From contig OZ244999.1 in the NCBI GenBank assembly GCA_965223265.1, positions 3,904,001-3,968,000 on the forward strand: DNA of 64,000 nt, read 5' to 3'. The notes beneath the pieces were generated by a model. It had not been told where the DNA came from. It was given only the letters and a program-made list of their open reading frames with translations, and did no database searches. Origin of the DNA: Planctomycetota bacterium. Its GTDB lineage: Bacteria > Planctomycetota > UBA8108 > SXIK01. The position numbers and the translations under genes were made by a program. Shown here piece by piece: positions 27,870-37,975 of the stretch; position 1 is the stretch's first letter, and each line of letters starts with the position of its first letter.

Positions 27870-29069
27870 TTACGTGTGGTGCAACAGGCCCGACGGACGC
27901 TCATCAACGACGTGAAGAGAACGCGGCTCATCGCGCGGCGTGAGGTCAGGCGACGCCATGACACTCACGCGGCGGGACGCCACCGCGTACACGAGCGCCA
28001 CAGCGGCATAAGACGAGACAAGACTGGAGCCACCGTAACTCACGAACGGCAAGGTAAGTCCCGTGATCGGCGTCAGCCCCATAGCCATACCGATGTTCTG
28101 AAGACCTTGAGCTGCGAAGCCGACACCGACCCCTGTAGCGAGCAATCGCCCGAACGGCTCCCGTGCGTAGATCGCCACCCGAAGAATCATCACGACGAGG
28201 AGAAAGAACCCAAGAATCGACAAGGCGGCGCCAACAAATCCAAGCTCTTCGGCGATCACGCTGAAAATGAAATCCGTGTGCCGCTCGGGCAGAAAGTCGA
28301 GCCGATTCTGCGTTCCGAGGCCGTAACCTTTGCCCAGGAACCCGCCGGAACCTATAGCGATTTCGGATTGATCGAGTTGATAACCGTCGTCCTGCCGCGA
28401 CGCCTCACCGCGAAAGAGAAAAGCCGCGATCCTCTCGTATTGATACTCGCGGACGATCGGAACACCAATGCGGTAGGCAAAGTAGGCCGTCGGTAGCAGC
28501 GACGCGCCAATCACGATCGCGGCGAGTAGATACTTCCAGCGCGCACCAGCCACGAAGAGCATGCCGAGGAGGATCGGGGGAAACATGAGACTTGTACCGA
28601 GGTCGGGCTGCAAAAGCACCAGCGCCATCGGCAGCACTGTCAAACTGAACGGGATGACGAGGCCACGAAGTCGGTGCTGGTCCTCGCGGAAGCGGAGATA
28701 GCGAGCCAGAACCAGCACGAGTGCAATTTTCATAAGCTCGCTCGGCTGAATCTGGAACACACGCAGGTTGATCGAACGCAAGATCCCACCGCGGGAAAAC
28801 TTGGCGGCAAGCATCACGGCGAGGACACACATGAGGCCTACGAAAAGGACGTAGGCGTAGCGGTCCCAGAGTCGGTAGTCGAAACGCGAAATGATCACGA
28901 ACGCGCAGACGCCAACACATGCCTTGACGATTTGCGAGCGCGCATCTTGGCCGGGAAAGTCGCCCGAGTGGAGGTCGGTCGAATGGACGAACGCAACTCC
29001 CAGAACGGTCAACAACAGCGGCAACATGAGCAGCCCGAGTCTGGTGAACGGTCCAACCGTCGCCTTCAT
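27870..29069 (-). CDS. rodA: SEDS peptidoglycan glycosyltransferase RodA
   Basis: IQPSE..K, QPDLGT, HTDFIFS, LPFVSYGGSS; immediately downstream of PBP2. Confidence 0.92.
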   Translation of the reverse strand: MKATVGPFTRLGLLMLPLLLTVLGVAFVHSTDLHSGDFPGQDARSQIVKACVGVCAFVIISRFDYRLWDRYAYVLFVGLMCVLAVMLAAKFSRGGILRSINLRVFQIQPSELMKIALVLVLARYLRFREDQHRLRGLVIPFSLTVLPMALVLLQPDLGTSLMFPPILLGMLFVAGARWKYLLAAIVIGASLLPTAYFAYRIGVPIVREYQYERIAAFLFRGEASRQDDGYQLDQSEIAIGSGGFLGKGYGLGTQNRLDFLPERHTDFIFSVIAEELGFVGAALSILGFFLLVVMILRVAIYAREPFGRLLATGVGVGFAAQGLQNIGMAMGLTPITGLTLPFVSYGGSSLVSSYAAVALVYAVASRRVSVMASPDLTPRDEPRSLHVVDERPSGLLHHT

Positions 29070-31342
29070 CTCTCTGCTCCGGAAAGGAAGTACGCGTCCG
29101 GATCGACACTGGCGAAACGTTTTTTGATCATCCTGCTGACAATCGGCGCGCAGACGTCGGCTCCGTGCCCCCCCGTGCCTTCAACGACGACAACAAAAGC
29201 TATCCGCGGCGGCGCGTCGATCAATTCACCGCTAGCGGATGCCGGTGCGAATCCCGCAAGCCATGCATCGTTCGTCTCTCCAGCGCCGGGGCGTGCGGCA
29301 CGCTCGGCTGTACCGGACTTGGCTGCGACGCGAAGCCCGAGCAAACCGTGGTGCTCCTTGGCGGCAGTGCCGGGAGCTCCACGTCGATCATGAGTGACGC
29401 GCCACATCGCCCGTCGCAAGTACATCGCAGTCGACGCGTCGTTGAAAACACTCCCGCTGCGGTCAAAGCTCACGGCGCAGCCATCCGTGGAGCCGGGGTG
29501 CGGTCGCGGCGCCACGAGATGCGGCTGGATCCGCCGACCATCTGTCGCAATCGTGGCCACACTGGAGAGCACCTGTAGTGCTGTGGCGCGAACGTGAACC
29601 TGCCCGATCGAGTAGCGGCACACCTGAATGCCTTCCACGGCATCAGCAGGTTTGAGGAATCCAGACTGATCCAAGGGCACGAGGTCGATCCCCACCGGGC
29701 AGCCGTACCCAAGCCTCTCCGCCCAGGGATGAAATCGCTCCGCTGTCAGTCGCTGGAGACCAAGTTCGTAAAAATACGTGTTGCACGAAACCTTGAGCGC
29801 CGTCGACAGATCGAGACCGTCGAGACCATGGCCGGTCGTGCTGACGCAGCGCAGACCATAGGGCTCGTAGCGGTGCTCGCAGCGCAGCAGATCGGTGGGG
29901 GAGTAGCCAGTCTCGGCGGCCGACTCGAGAGCCGCCGCCGCCAGCACAAGCTTAAATACGGAGCCCGGATCCATCGCGTGTCGGCTTGGGCGGTCCAAAA
30001 ACCACCCGTCAGTCCGCCCACCCCAGCGTCGGGTCATCTCCTCGAGGTAACTAGCATACTCACGCCCGAGCATGCGATTCGGGTCAAACGAGGGCAAGCC
30101 GACGTACGCAAGCAGGGCTCCTGTACTCAGGTCCATCACGACGGCGCTTGCCGCAGCACCGCCGGACTGCCCGCGCAGCACGCTCTCAAGCTCGCGATGG
30201 AGGAATCTCTGCAGCTCGAGATCGACGGTACAGTAAAGATCGACTCCGTCCTCGGGCTCCACCTCGGCAATGACGCGAACCGTTCGGCCGACACTGTCGA
30301 CCTGCCGTACCCGCGCACCGTAACGACCACGCAGCTGGTCTTCATAGAACGCTTCGAGACCGAGAGCTCCAACAAGATCTTTCTCGCTGCGCAGGTACGG
30401 ACGCAAGGCGATGAATTCTTCGGTGTCGAAAGTGCCGTCGAACCGAGCCCGTTCGACGGTGAGCCCTTGAGCCCGCAGCTCCTCGATGAGCTCAGCTTCC
30501 GGCCGGCGTAAGTGGCCGAGAAACGAGCCACAAATTTCGCGCTCCGGATAAAAGCGCCGATCCGCATGGACGCACTTCAGACCACGAAAGTCCGTCGGGC
30601 TGTACTCAATTGCGGTCACCACATCAAGGGATACGTCGCGCAGAAGCGGTCGCCACTGCAACCGTAGCCCCGGCGCAATACGGCCGACGCTATCGACAAG
30701 CCGCTCGTAAATTTGAGTCACCGACTCGGACCCTCGCGCTGCGACGACTCTCGCCACCCGCATCAGCGCAAACTCCTCGTTGAAGAGGACCGTCGGCGAG
30801 AAGCAGAGCTCGTGCCGACGACCACCCTCTTCCATCGGACGCAGCAAAAACGCGCGCCGCACTGCTCGGCGCTGCCGCTTGAGCCGTTTTCGCAACCTCT
30901 CCGCGATGGGGCGATCGATCCGAGTCAGAAACGGTATCCATTGGGTGGGCTGACTGTGACCGCGAGCATCTGCGAATTGACTGTTCGTGATCGGGTCGAT
31001 TTCGGCCAGCTGTCGCATTCGCGCTTCAAGAGTCTGGCGATCGAAGCCGATGTCGCCCCGGAAAACCCTGAACAAGCTGTCCAGCAAGCGCTCTCTCGGA
31101 CTCAAGTCACGGTGGAAAACGTGCAATTCAAACGTCGGTTGGTTGACCGACAGCACGTGACCGTCTTGGGAAAGGATGCGCCCCCGACGTGGGGCCGGGT
31201 AACTGATGGCGAGGTGTTGCGAGCGGCGGAGAAACTCCGCGTGGCGTTCACCGTCGAGCTGAAGCGCCGCGAGCCGCACAGTCAACACTGCGTAGAGCGC
31301 GCCCAGTATCACGATCAACGTTGCGATGCGCCTTCGAACCAT
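29066..31342 (-). CDS. mrdA: Class B penicillin-binding protein 2
   Basis: N-terminal TM, APRRG.I, GLE..YE..LRG..G; SVFK, SCN and KSG catalytic motifs; mre operon context. Confidence 0.88.
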   Translation of the reverse strand: MVRRRIATLIVILGALYAVLTVRLAALQLDGERHAEFLRRSQHLAISYPAPRRGRILSQDGHVLSVNQPTFELHVFHRDLSPRERLLDSLFRVFRGDIGFDRQTLEARMRQLAEIDPITNSQFADARGHSQPTQWIPFLTRIDRPIAERLRKRLKRQRRAVRRAFLLRPMEEGGRRHELCFSPTVLFNEEFALMRVARVVAARGSESVTQIYERLVDSVGRIAPGLRLQWRPLLRDVSLDVVTAIEYSPTDFRGLKCVHADRRFYPEREICGSFLGHLRRPEAELIEELRAQGLTVERARFDGTFDTEEFIALRPYLRSEKDLVGALGLEAFYEDQLRGRYGARVRQVDSVGRTVRVIAEVEPEDGVDLYCTVDLELQRFLHRELESVLRGQSGGAAASAVVMDLSTGALLAYVGLPSFDPNRMLGREYASYLEEMTRRWGGRTDGWFLDRPSRHAMDPGSVFKLVLAAAALESAAETGYSPTDLLRCEHRYEPYGLRCVSTTGHGLDGLDLSTALKVSCNTYFYELGLQRLTAERFHPWAERLGYGCPVGIDLVPLDQSGFLKPADAVEGIQVCRYSIGQVHVRATALQVLSSVATIATDGRRIQPHLVAPRPHPGSTDGCAVSFDRSGSVFNDASTAMYLRRAMWRVTHDRRGAPGTAAKEHHGLLGLRVAAKSGTAERAARPGAGETNDAWLAGFAPASASGELIDAPPRIAFVVVVEGTGGHGADVCAPIVSRMIKKRFASVDPDAYFLSGAER

Positions 31343-31436
31343 GATTCGATTCCTGGCGAACCTCTGAACCTAGATAGGCGTCAAGACAAGGACCCGCCAA
31401 ATTCAAACGGTCAACCCTCTACGACTCACCTCGAGG

Positions 31437-31943
31437 TCAACCTCCCGATTGCAGAAAGGCAACGCGCGGCGTGGCAATTGACGCCCCGAGCGGCCTCAGA
31501 AGCTCGACGACGACAACGCTCATTGACACGTCGTAGACGGCTCGCGCCAGGACCACGCCCCACGCCGGAAGCAGGGAATCACCCGCCAAGACAAACAACA
31601 TACAGTGCGTGATCGCGTTGGCGTAAAGTGCCGAGAAAGCGACTGCTGAACTGCGTGTGAGAAAGTCTCCACCAAGGCGCCAGGCACGAATGCGCAGCAA
31701 AGCGAGCGCAGCAAGCACGTAGGCGATTGAATGCGTGCCCGCCGCATCGAGGGAAAAAAGCTCCACGACAAGCCCTGCCAGCGCCGCCGAGATCAAAACC
31801 CGCGCGGGAGGAGCAAATAGTGCGATGAAACAGAGTACTGCGAGGACGAAATCGGGGGCGATGCCGGCAAACGAGTACACGGGTAACGTCACCGCTTGAT
31901 ACACAAATGCGACAGAAAGGAGGACGAGCAACGTGCGATTCAC
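31437..31943 (-). CDS. mreD: Rod shape-determining protein MreD
   Basis: Very hydrophobic, about 168 aa, with G..PD and GL..E motifs; lies between mreC and mrdA. Confidence 0.75.
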   Translation of the reverse strand: MNRTLLVLLSVAFVYQAVTLPVYSFAGIAPDFVLAVLCFIALFAPPARVLISAALAGLVVELFSLDAAGTHSIAYVLAALALLRIRAWRLGGDFLTRSSAVAFSALYANAITHCMLFVLAGDSLLPAWGVVLARAVYDVSMSVVVVELLRPLGASIATPRVAFLQSGG

Positions 31944-31947
31944 CAGA

Positions 31948-32724
31948 TCACGACGACCTTCTGGTCGACACCTCCAGGTACGTGGGGTCCATAAGGTCGG
32001 GACGCAAGATGACATCTCGCAGCTCGTCGATGCGAACGCTCGCCTCGACAGTCAAACGACGATCCTCCGGCAACAAGCCCTCAGCCTCTCCTGAGACGAC
32101 GACTCCAATGAGGATCCCCGGTGGAAACGCTCCGAATGCGTCGTGGGTCTGCAGGGGAGTGCCGACCGGCGGCGGCGCCTCGCCGTCGAAAATTCGGGCC
32201 GTCAGAAGCGGGCGGCCGCTCGCGCCCACGACACCGGTGCCCTCCAGGATGCCGCTGCCATGCTCTGATTCGAAACGAACGCGGAATCCCCGGTCGAGCA
32301 CAGTCTGTACTCGCACGACACGAAACTGACCGGCACGCACCGACTCGAACGCGCCATCGCTATGACCGACCAGTCCATTGCGAAGCGTGACCACGGCTGC
32401 TCCGGCTGGTAGTGGAGTGGCGCCGCGAGTCACCGCAATCATGCTGCTACGGTCAGACGACAGATCGCCGATCGGCAAGACGCTTGCTAGGACCCGTCCG
32501 TAACGCGCCTGGTAAGGAAGAGCCCCCAGAGCTTCAAGTTCCCCCTGTGCGCGCTGGAGCTCGAGACGCAACTCGTGGGCAGCAGCGATGGCGTGAACGC
32601 TCGTGAGGTCGCCGGCGTTCACGCGCCGGCCGTCACGGACAAGTCGCACGCCGACTGGCAAAACAAAGAGAAGCATGCAAACGAGATGGCCGACGCTCCA
32701 CCGCCGACTCGATCGACGTGCCAC
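31948..32724 (-). CDS. mreC: Rod shape-determining protein MreC (divergent)
   Basis: TM plus short coiled coil, GLVG, G.FPPGI.IG.V; GGAGG before GTG; downstream of mreB. Confidence 0.75.
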   Translation of the reverse strand: MARRSSRRWSVGHLVCMLLFVLPVGVRLVRDGRRVNAGDLTSVHAIAAAHELRLELQRAQGELEALGALPYQARYGRVLASVLPIGDLSSDRSSMIAVTRGATPLPAGAAVVTLRNGLVGHSDGAFESVRAGQFRVVRVQTVLDRGFRVRFESEHGSGILEGTGVVGASGRPLLTARIFDGEAPPPVGTPLQTHDAFGAFPPGILIGVVVSGEAEGLLPEDRRLTVEASVRIDELRDVILRPDLMDPTYLEVSTRRSS

Positions 32725-32989
32725 TTGGGGCCTCCTCCGTCTTCTCTTCCTTCAACCCGCTTCGTCCTTCACCCCACTCGGCACCGAACCGCTGGCGCCT
32801 TACCGCTCGGCTTCACCCGCGCCTCGCCTGGTGCCGCTGCTTGCGGCGTTTCGCTTGCCATAACCGCGTTCGACCAAGATGGGTCGACGGGTGATGACGC
32901 CAAGCACGTCAGGCACTCAGGAGAATCGTAAAGAGCGGCAGTCATCGCTGCTCAAGACGCTGCGGGTATGTTCTCGGACCCTGCTTAAT

Positions 32990-34042
32990 CTACAGCTCGT
33001 CGTCAGCGCTCTCAAGGATATCTTTGAACTCGTCGAGCCGCTCCAAAAAGACGGCCGTGCCGCGGGCTACCGTCGTCAGTGGATCACGCGCAACGATCAC
33101 GGGCAAGCCGGTCTCTTCGGCCAACACAAGATCGAACCCGCGCAACAGAGCCCCGCCGCCGCAGAGCAAGATGCCGCGTTCGATGAGGTCGCCGGCAAGC
33201 TCAGGGCCGGTCTTTTGAATCACTGTTTCGATCGCGTCGATCACCTGCCGGATGGGACCTGAAAGGGCCTCACGCACGTCCGCTGAGGTGACTCGGACAG
33301 CGCGCGGCAAGCCCGCGATCAGATCCCGCCCGGTCACGGTAGCTTCTCCCTCCTCCCCTAGTCGCGACGCTGACCCAAGGTCAATCTTGAGCTGCTCCGC
33401 GGTGTGCGGGCCGACGAGAATGTTGTAGTTACGTTTGAGATACTGAACGATCGCCTCGTCGAACGCATCGCCGGCGACGGGCAACGTGTCGTAGACGACG
33501 ACGTCGGCGAGCGACAGAATCGCGATATCCGTCGTGCCGCCCCCGATGTCGACGATCATGTGAGCGTTGGCCTCGTGAATCGGCACGCCCGCACCGAGGC
33601 CAGCGGCTCTCGGTTCTTCCAGCAGAAACACCTGTCGTGCGCCGGCTCGCATGGCAGCGTCGAAAACGGCACGCTTCTGCACTTTCGTGACCCCCATCGG
33701 AATCGAGATCACGACTCTGGGGCTCACCCAACCGCGCCCAGCGCTCGCCCGGCGCATGAAGTGAGCCAACATAGCCTCGGTCATGTCGAAATCGGCGATG
33801 ACGCCTGCGCGCAGCGGACGCACTGCGTCGATGCTGAGTGGTGTCCGCCCGAGCATGGCCTTGGCCTTGGTGCCAATGGCGTCGCCATCGAGGAGGACAT
33901 GCTGGGTGCCCTTCTTGACGGCAACGACAGAGGGCTCGTTCACGACGATCCCGCGGCCCCCCGCGCAGACGAGCGTGTTCGCCGTGCCCAGGTCAATTCC
34001 TAGGTCGGACGAGAAATAGCGAAACAGCTTCGAAAAAAACAT
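32990..34042 (-). CDS. mreB: Actin-like MreB
   Basis: DLGIDLGTANT, NEPSVVA, RPLRAGVIADF, VDIGGGTT, GGGALL. Confidence 0.96.
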   Translation of the reverse strand: MFFSKLFRYFSSDLGIDLGTANTLVCAGGRGIVVNEPSVVAVKKGTQHVLLDGDAIGTKAKAMLGRTPLSIDAVRPLRAGVIADFDMTEAMLAHFMRRASAGRGWVSPRVVISIPMGVTKVQKRAVFDAAMRAGARQVFLLEEPRAAGLGAGVPIHEANAHMIVDIGGGTTDIAILSLADVVVYDTLPVAGDAFDEAIVQYLKRNYNILVGPHTAEQLKIDLGSASRLGEEGEATVTGRDLIAGLPRAVRVTSADVREALSGPIRQVIDAIETVIQKTGPELAGDLIERGILLCGGGALLRGFDLVLAEETGLPVIVARDPLTTVARGTAVFLERLDEFKDILESADDEL

Positions 34043-34226
34043 GCAACCCGCTAACGCCGTGGCGGCGGCGCCGTCCCTTTGACGACGCGATTCGGGCAGC
34101 AAGAATACCCCAACGCCCACCAAAAATGGCGCGCAAAAACCGAGCATCTCGAGTTCGTCCACGCCGCGACGGGATCAGGGCAGCGTCATGGTCAAACTCG
34201 AGATGGCGGCGCGGAATCGCGAGAGA

Positions 34227-34838
34227 CTACGCGTCCTCGTCGAGGTCTTCGTCGTCGAAGTCCTCGTCGTCGAAGTCCTCGTCGTCGAAGTCCTCGTCGT
34301 CGAGGTCGTCTGCGTCGAGGTCCTCGTCTGCGTCAAGATCTTCGTCCGCGTCGAGATCCTCGTCTGCGTCAAGATCCTCGTCTGCGTCAAGATCTTCGTC
34401 CGCATCGAGATCCTCGTCTGCGTCAAGATCTTCGTCCGCATCGAGATCCTCGTCTGCGTCAAGATCTTCGTCCGCATCGAGATCCTCATCGTCGAAGTCG
34501 TCCGAATCCGCGTCCTCGCTGACATCGTCTGCATCGTCGTCGACGTCGCCCGCGTCTTCGGCATCCTCGTCGCCAGCGGAATCATCTCCACTGTCATCGT
34601 CGAGGTCTTCAATTTCGTCTTCGTCTTCGTCGCCGGAGTCAACGGCGGCCGAGCTCAGTGCTCTGCGGTCTTTTGACCATTGAGCCTCACCGGGGCGCTC
34701 GCCCTCGCCGTCGTGGGCACGGATCTGCATGAAGCAGACCAATGTCGCGAGCAAAAGAGCAACGGCGCTGACGATCAAGCTAGCAGTCGCCACCGGATTG
34801 CTTTCAGTTTTCTCGATGATTTCGTCGGATTTCGCCAT
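34227..34838 (-). CDS. Single-TM protein with highly acidic low-complexity tail
   Basis: TM at about residues 17-36, then an Asp/Glu-rich region with (DADEDL)x9 and (DDEDF/L)x4; co-oriented with its neighbours. Confidence 0.75.
   Translation of the reverse strand: MAKSDEIIEKTESNPVATASLIVSAVALLLATLVCFMQIRAHDGEGERPGEAQWSKDRRALSSAAVDSGDEDEDEIEDLDDDSGDDSAGDEDAEDAGDVDDDADDVSEDADSDDFDDEDLDADEDLDADEDLDADEDLDADEDLDADEDLDADEDLDADEDLDADEDLDADEDLDADDLDDEDFDDEDFDDEDFDDEDLDEDA
34242..34478. repeat. Coding tandem repeats: 18 bp x9 (34317-34478) and 15 bp x4 (34242-34301)
   Basis: Units such as GATCCTCGTCTGCGTCAA / GATCTTCGTCCGCATCGA largely alternate; TCGTCGTCGAAGTCC repeats follow. Confidence 0.9.
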
Positions 34839-34891
34839 GTTTCAATCTTTCTTCGGGGATTCGTTCAATCGTTGCCAAGGCGACTGTCGCA

Positions 34892-35722
34892 TCAGTGAAT
34901 GCGAGTCGACGCTTTGTCACCCTGCTCGATTGCCTTGGCGGTGTGGACGATATGAGCTCCTGCCATGTTCGGGAGGACCTCGAACACCTTCACCTTTGCG
35001 ACGAACGAACTCTCACGAAAGACGGTGAACTCGTGGCCCGCTTCGACATTGTCATCGCTGCCAACAGAGAGAACGACGATTTTGTCTCCGACCGCGACGA
35101 CGCGTCCGTCGATCGGGGGCGCGGCTTTCGTCACGTCTCTGCCTGCTGCAATGGCGGCGGTCTCGATCTCTTGTCGCTGAAAATCCTGCGACAATTCGGC
35201 ATACTCCGCCCTCGCCGTGGTCAACTCCTCTTGCACTTTGGCCAAGTCGAGGCGAATCGCGTTGTGCCTCGCAACGGCTTCGTCCATTCTTTCGATCGCC
35301 TGTTTCCGCGACTCGATGGTCTCAGCAAGCCGCCGCTCCAGCGATTGAATCGTCCCCTGTGCCCCCTGAATCGTCCGCTGGCGTTCCGTTTCCATTTTGA
35401 GTGCTGCCTGCACACTCTTGCTAGCTTCAGCGAGCTCGAGGTTTTTCTGTGCGAGGTCTGCCTTCGCGGACTTGATGTCGCTGAGCGCCGCCTCAAGTGT
35501 CGCGTTGATCTTCTTGACGTCTGCATTCAACGTCGTCGCTAGCGCGGTCTTTTGGGCGATATCGCCGTTGAGACCCCGGATCGTGTTGGTTGATTCCCTA
35601 CTCAGTTTCTCGTAGGCGATCTTCCAGTCCTGCGTCAAGAGGTAGCTGGTCGACACCGCAGCGAAGAAGACGAGACTCAACACCAGGTTGATGACAATGA
35701 AGGTCTTGGCTAACGGACTCAT
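34892..35722 (-). CDS. Membrane-anchored coiled-coil protein with small C-terminal beta domain
   Basis: N-terminal TM, about 170-aa heptad-rich helix, C-terminal G.V......V.LSVG.DD.V..G..F.V.R; GGGAGG RBS. Confidence 0.8.
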   Translation of the reverse strand: MSPLAKTFIVINLVLSLVFFAAVSTSYLLTQDWKIAYEKLSRESTNTIRGLNGDIAQKTALATTLNADVKKINATLEAALSDIKSAKADLAQKNLELAEASKSVQAALKMETERQRTIQGAQGTIQSLERRLAETIESRKQAIERMDEAVARHNAIRLDLAKVQEELTTARAEYAELSQDFQRQEIETAAIAAGRDVTKAAPPIDGRVVAVGDKIVVLSVGSDDNVEAGHEFTVFRESSFVAKVKVFEVLPNMAGAHIVHTAKAIEQGDKASTRIH

Positions 35723-36293
35723 GTGCTAGATGCCTCCCTTCGGCTCGCACCGACTTGCTTGCATTTCTTCTCTTTTCGTGGCGGCAACGCGACGCCGAGC
35801 ACCTGGCGCCAGCTTCCGTCACCGCGGATTTAAGTTCTAACGTCGAAACGATTCCAAACCCCTCACGCCTCGACGAATGACCCGGGAGAATCCGCCTGTT
35901 TCCAGCACGCGTTCGAGGTGGGTGAACAGGTGCCAGATCAGGCTTTACACGCCAGGTTTGACGGTTGTCGCGAAGCAGAAAGGGGGGTTTCTGACAAGGC
36001 CAGACGTTGAATCATTTTTACGGAACATCTCCTCTAAAAGCAACCCTCAAAGGATGTAAAGGAGATCGTAGAGCTTCTGTGAAGCGTTTGTTGGGGGATC
36101 AAAGCCTCTGGATCGGCAAGGCGCTCGCCGTGCGCAGCTCGGGATCCTGCGCCCCACCTCTCTCGAAGCTCGCCGTCGCCACCGGGGACGCCCTTTGGGC
36201 GAAGCTCTCGGGGATAGCCGTGGCGGCGGAGCAGCACTCGAGGATCGGCCATCGGTTGACCCAGCCGCCAATGAGCGAGAGCTATATATATGA

Positions 36294-37583
36294 CTACGGC
36301 CTCCCCCTCTCAGAGCTGTACACCGTGTACACGACCGCCCGGCGCCGCTCGGTGCTCGGGCGCACCACCGCCCAACCGACTTGAGCGAGCAAAACGGGAG
36401 CCGAAAGGCGAAGACGCGCCGCGGACGAACTCAGGATCGTTGTCTCCCCGTGCCGACGAATCACGGGCAGGAGCTGCCAAGACTCCTCCGCCGTCAGATC
36501 TTCGCGCTGGACGGCCTGCGTCGACCAGTCCCAGGCGGCCTGGGCAATACCGAGCTGGGCCGCCAGTGCCGGAACGACGAAGAGGTCAAAGAAGGCCGCA
36601 GCCAACAGTGGTGCGCCCGGAAGACAGATGATGTCGACGCCCTGGGACTTCGCCAGCAGGAGAGCGGTCGCCGGCCGCAGCGCCACGGATTCGACCAAGA
36701 AGCGTGCACGGAGCCGCCGAAAAGCCTCGACGGTGCGATCGGTGAATCCACGGCCGGCGCCGCCCGCGAGCACCAAAGTCCTCAGTCCGCGGCGCTGTGC
36801 GTGGTGAAGCGTGTCAGCGAGGCGTTGTGGATGATCCGGAAGGATGCCGAGCGGCACGACTGTATGACCACGCTCCTCTAGCGTCGCTCCTAACCAGTAG
36901 CCTGTGAGGTCCGGGCGAATGACGCTCGTCCCTGCGGCTACGGACGCATCCAAATCGACAAGCTCGTCCCCAATGACTCCATAGCCGATCGGAGCCGGGG
37001 ACCGCACGCGAACAGACTCAATGCCTTGGCGCAGCAGTAGAGTGCGCAGTCGCGGGTCGAGCCGTGACCCAGCGTCGACTCTCATGCGCCCGGCCTGACT
37101 GGGGTGCGCGATGCCTTCACCGGGCGCACACGCTGCATCGATTCGGACACGGGCGGTGCCGACGATTGTAGCAGCGTCCAGCGGCAGGACTCGATCGGTA
37201 CCGGTTGGCAGCGGCGCGCCCGATTCAACGCGCCACAGCGAAGTGGGCGTCAGGAAGTCCGCCGCTGTGACGTCCGACGACGGGTCTGCCTCGGGCACGC
37301 CGCGGCCGAGGCAGTCCTGAACGCCGCCGACGACGCACACGCCGAGGAGGTCGTACACCGCACCGGCGCGATGGTGCGCGCCGACTGCGTATCCGTTGCG
37401 CGCCGCGATCGGCTCGGCTGCTCCTTGGACGGTCACCGCGCAGCTGACCTCGATGGAGTCCGCGAGGACTGCCGCGTCACCGACAAGCGTGCGGAGGTCG
37501 ACCTGCTGCGGATCGAGCGGATTCAGTCCGCCGGCAAACGCCCGCAGAGCCTCGGTGGGGGAGATGGGTTGAGCGGGAAGCAT
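36294..37583 (-). CDS. Divergent MoeA/gephyrin-like protein
   Basis: NGYAV, SGAPLP.GTDRV, IGDEL, GG...G..D and LPGAP are recognisable but altered MoeA motifs; start uncertain. Confidence 0.7.
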   Translation of the reverse strand: MLPAQPISPTEALRAFAGGLNPLDPQQVDLRTLVGDAAVLADSIEVSCAVTVQGAAEPIAARNGYAVGAHHRAGAVYDLLGVCVVGGVQDCLGRGVPEADPSSDVTAADFLTPTSLWRVESGAPLPTGTDRVLPLDAATIVGTARVRIDAACAPGEGIAHPSQAGRMRVDAGSRLDPRLRTLLLRQGIESVRVRSPAPIGYGVIGDELVDLDASVAAGTSVIRPDLTGYWLGATLEERGHTVVPLGILPDHPQRLADTLHHAQRRGLRTLVLAGGAGRGFTDRTVEAFRRLRARFLVESVALRPATALLLAKSQGVDIICLPGAPLLAAAFFDLFVVPALAAQLGIAQAAWDWSTQAVQREDLTAEESWQLLPVIRRHGETTILSSSAARLRLSAPVLLAQVGWAVVRPSTERRRAVVYTVYSSERGRP

Positions 37584-37975
37584 GTCAGCGGTCGCTGCCA
37601 GTGTGGGGGAGCCGAAACCAATTTCCTCGAAGCCACGACGGCTGCACAGGCGCGGATCGTTTCGCTGCACCGCGCCTCACCAGTGCAAACCATCTGGCAG
37701 AAGTCTCATTCGGCAGAAGTTGTCGGGCAGAGTCATCAGGAGAAATTCGTCGCCCAAAAGTCAGCGCCCGCCAGCTTTGAAGCTCGAAACTCACGCCGTC
37801 TCACCGAGCTCCGTTTTGACTCGCCACTTTTTTTCAGGCACTGGGGTGTGAAGCGGCTCCGATCGAATAGAATCAGTGGTTTCGCACCGGAACCGGTGCG
37901 AGTCGACCGGGCGATGCTCGCCCCCCGACACAGCCGCGTCGAGCCGTCGCCTCCAGGGGCCACGTTCACAGGACC

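Noticed and set aside
34079-34683. Several overlapping repeat ORFs (Ser/Arg-rich, Val/Ile-rich, Thr-rich) and a possible CRISPR-like pattern
   Set aside because: These are alternative frames of the stop-free coding tandem repeat; the units are contiguous with no unique spacers and there are no cas genes.
37680-37975. Possible FMN riboswitch upstream of ribE
   Set aside because: No AGGGCGGGGTGAAATTCCC-type RFN consensus found.
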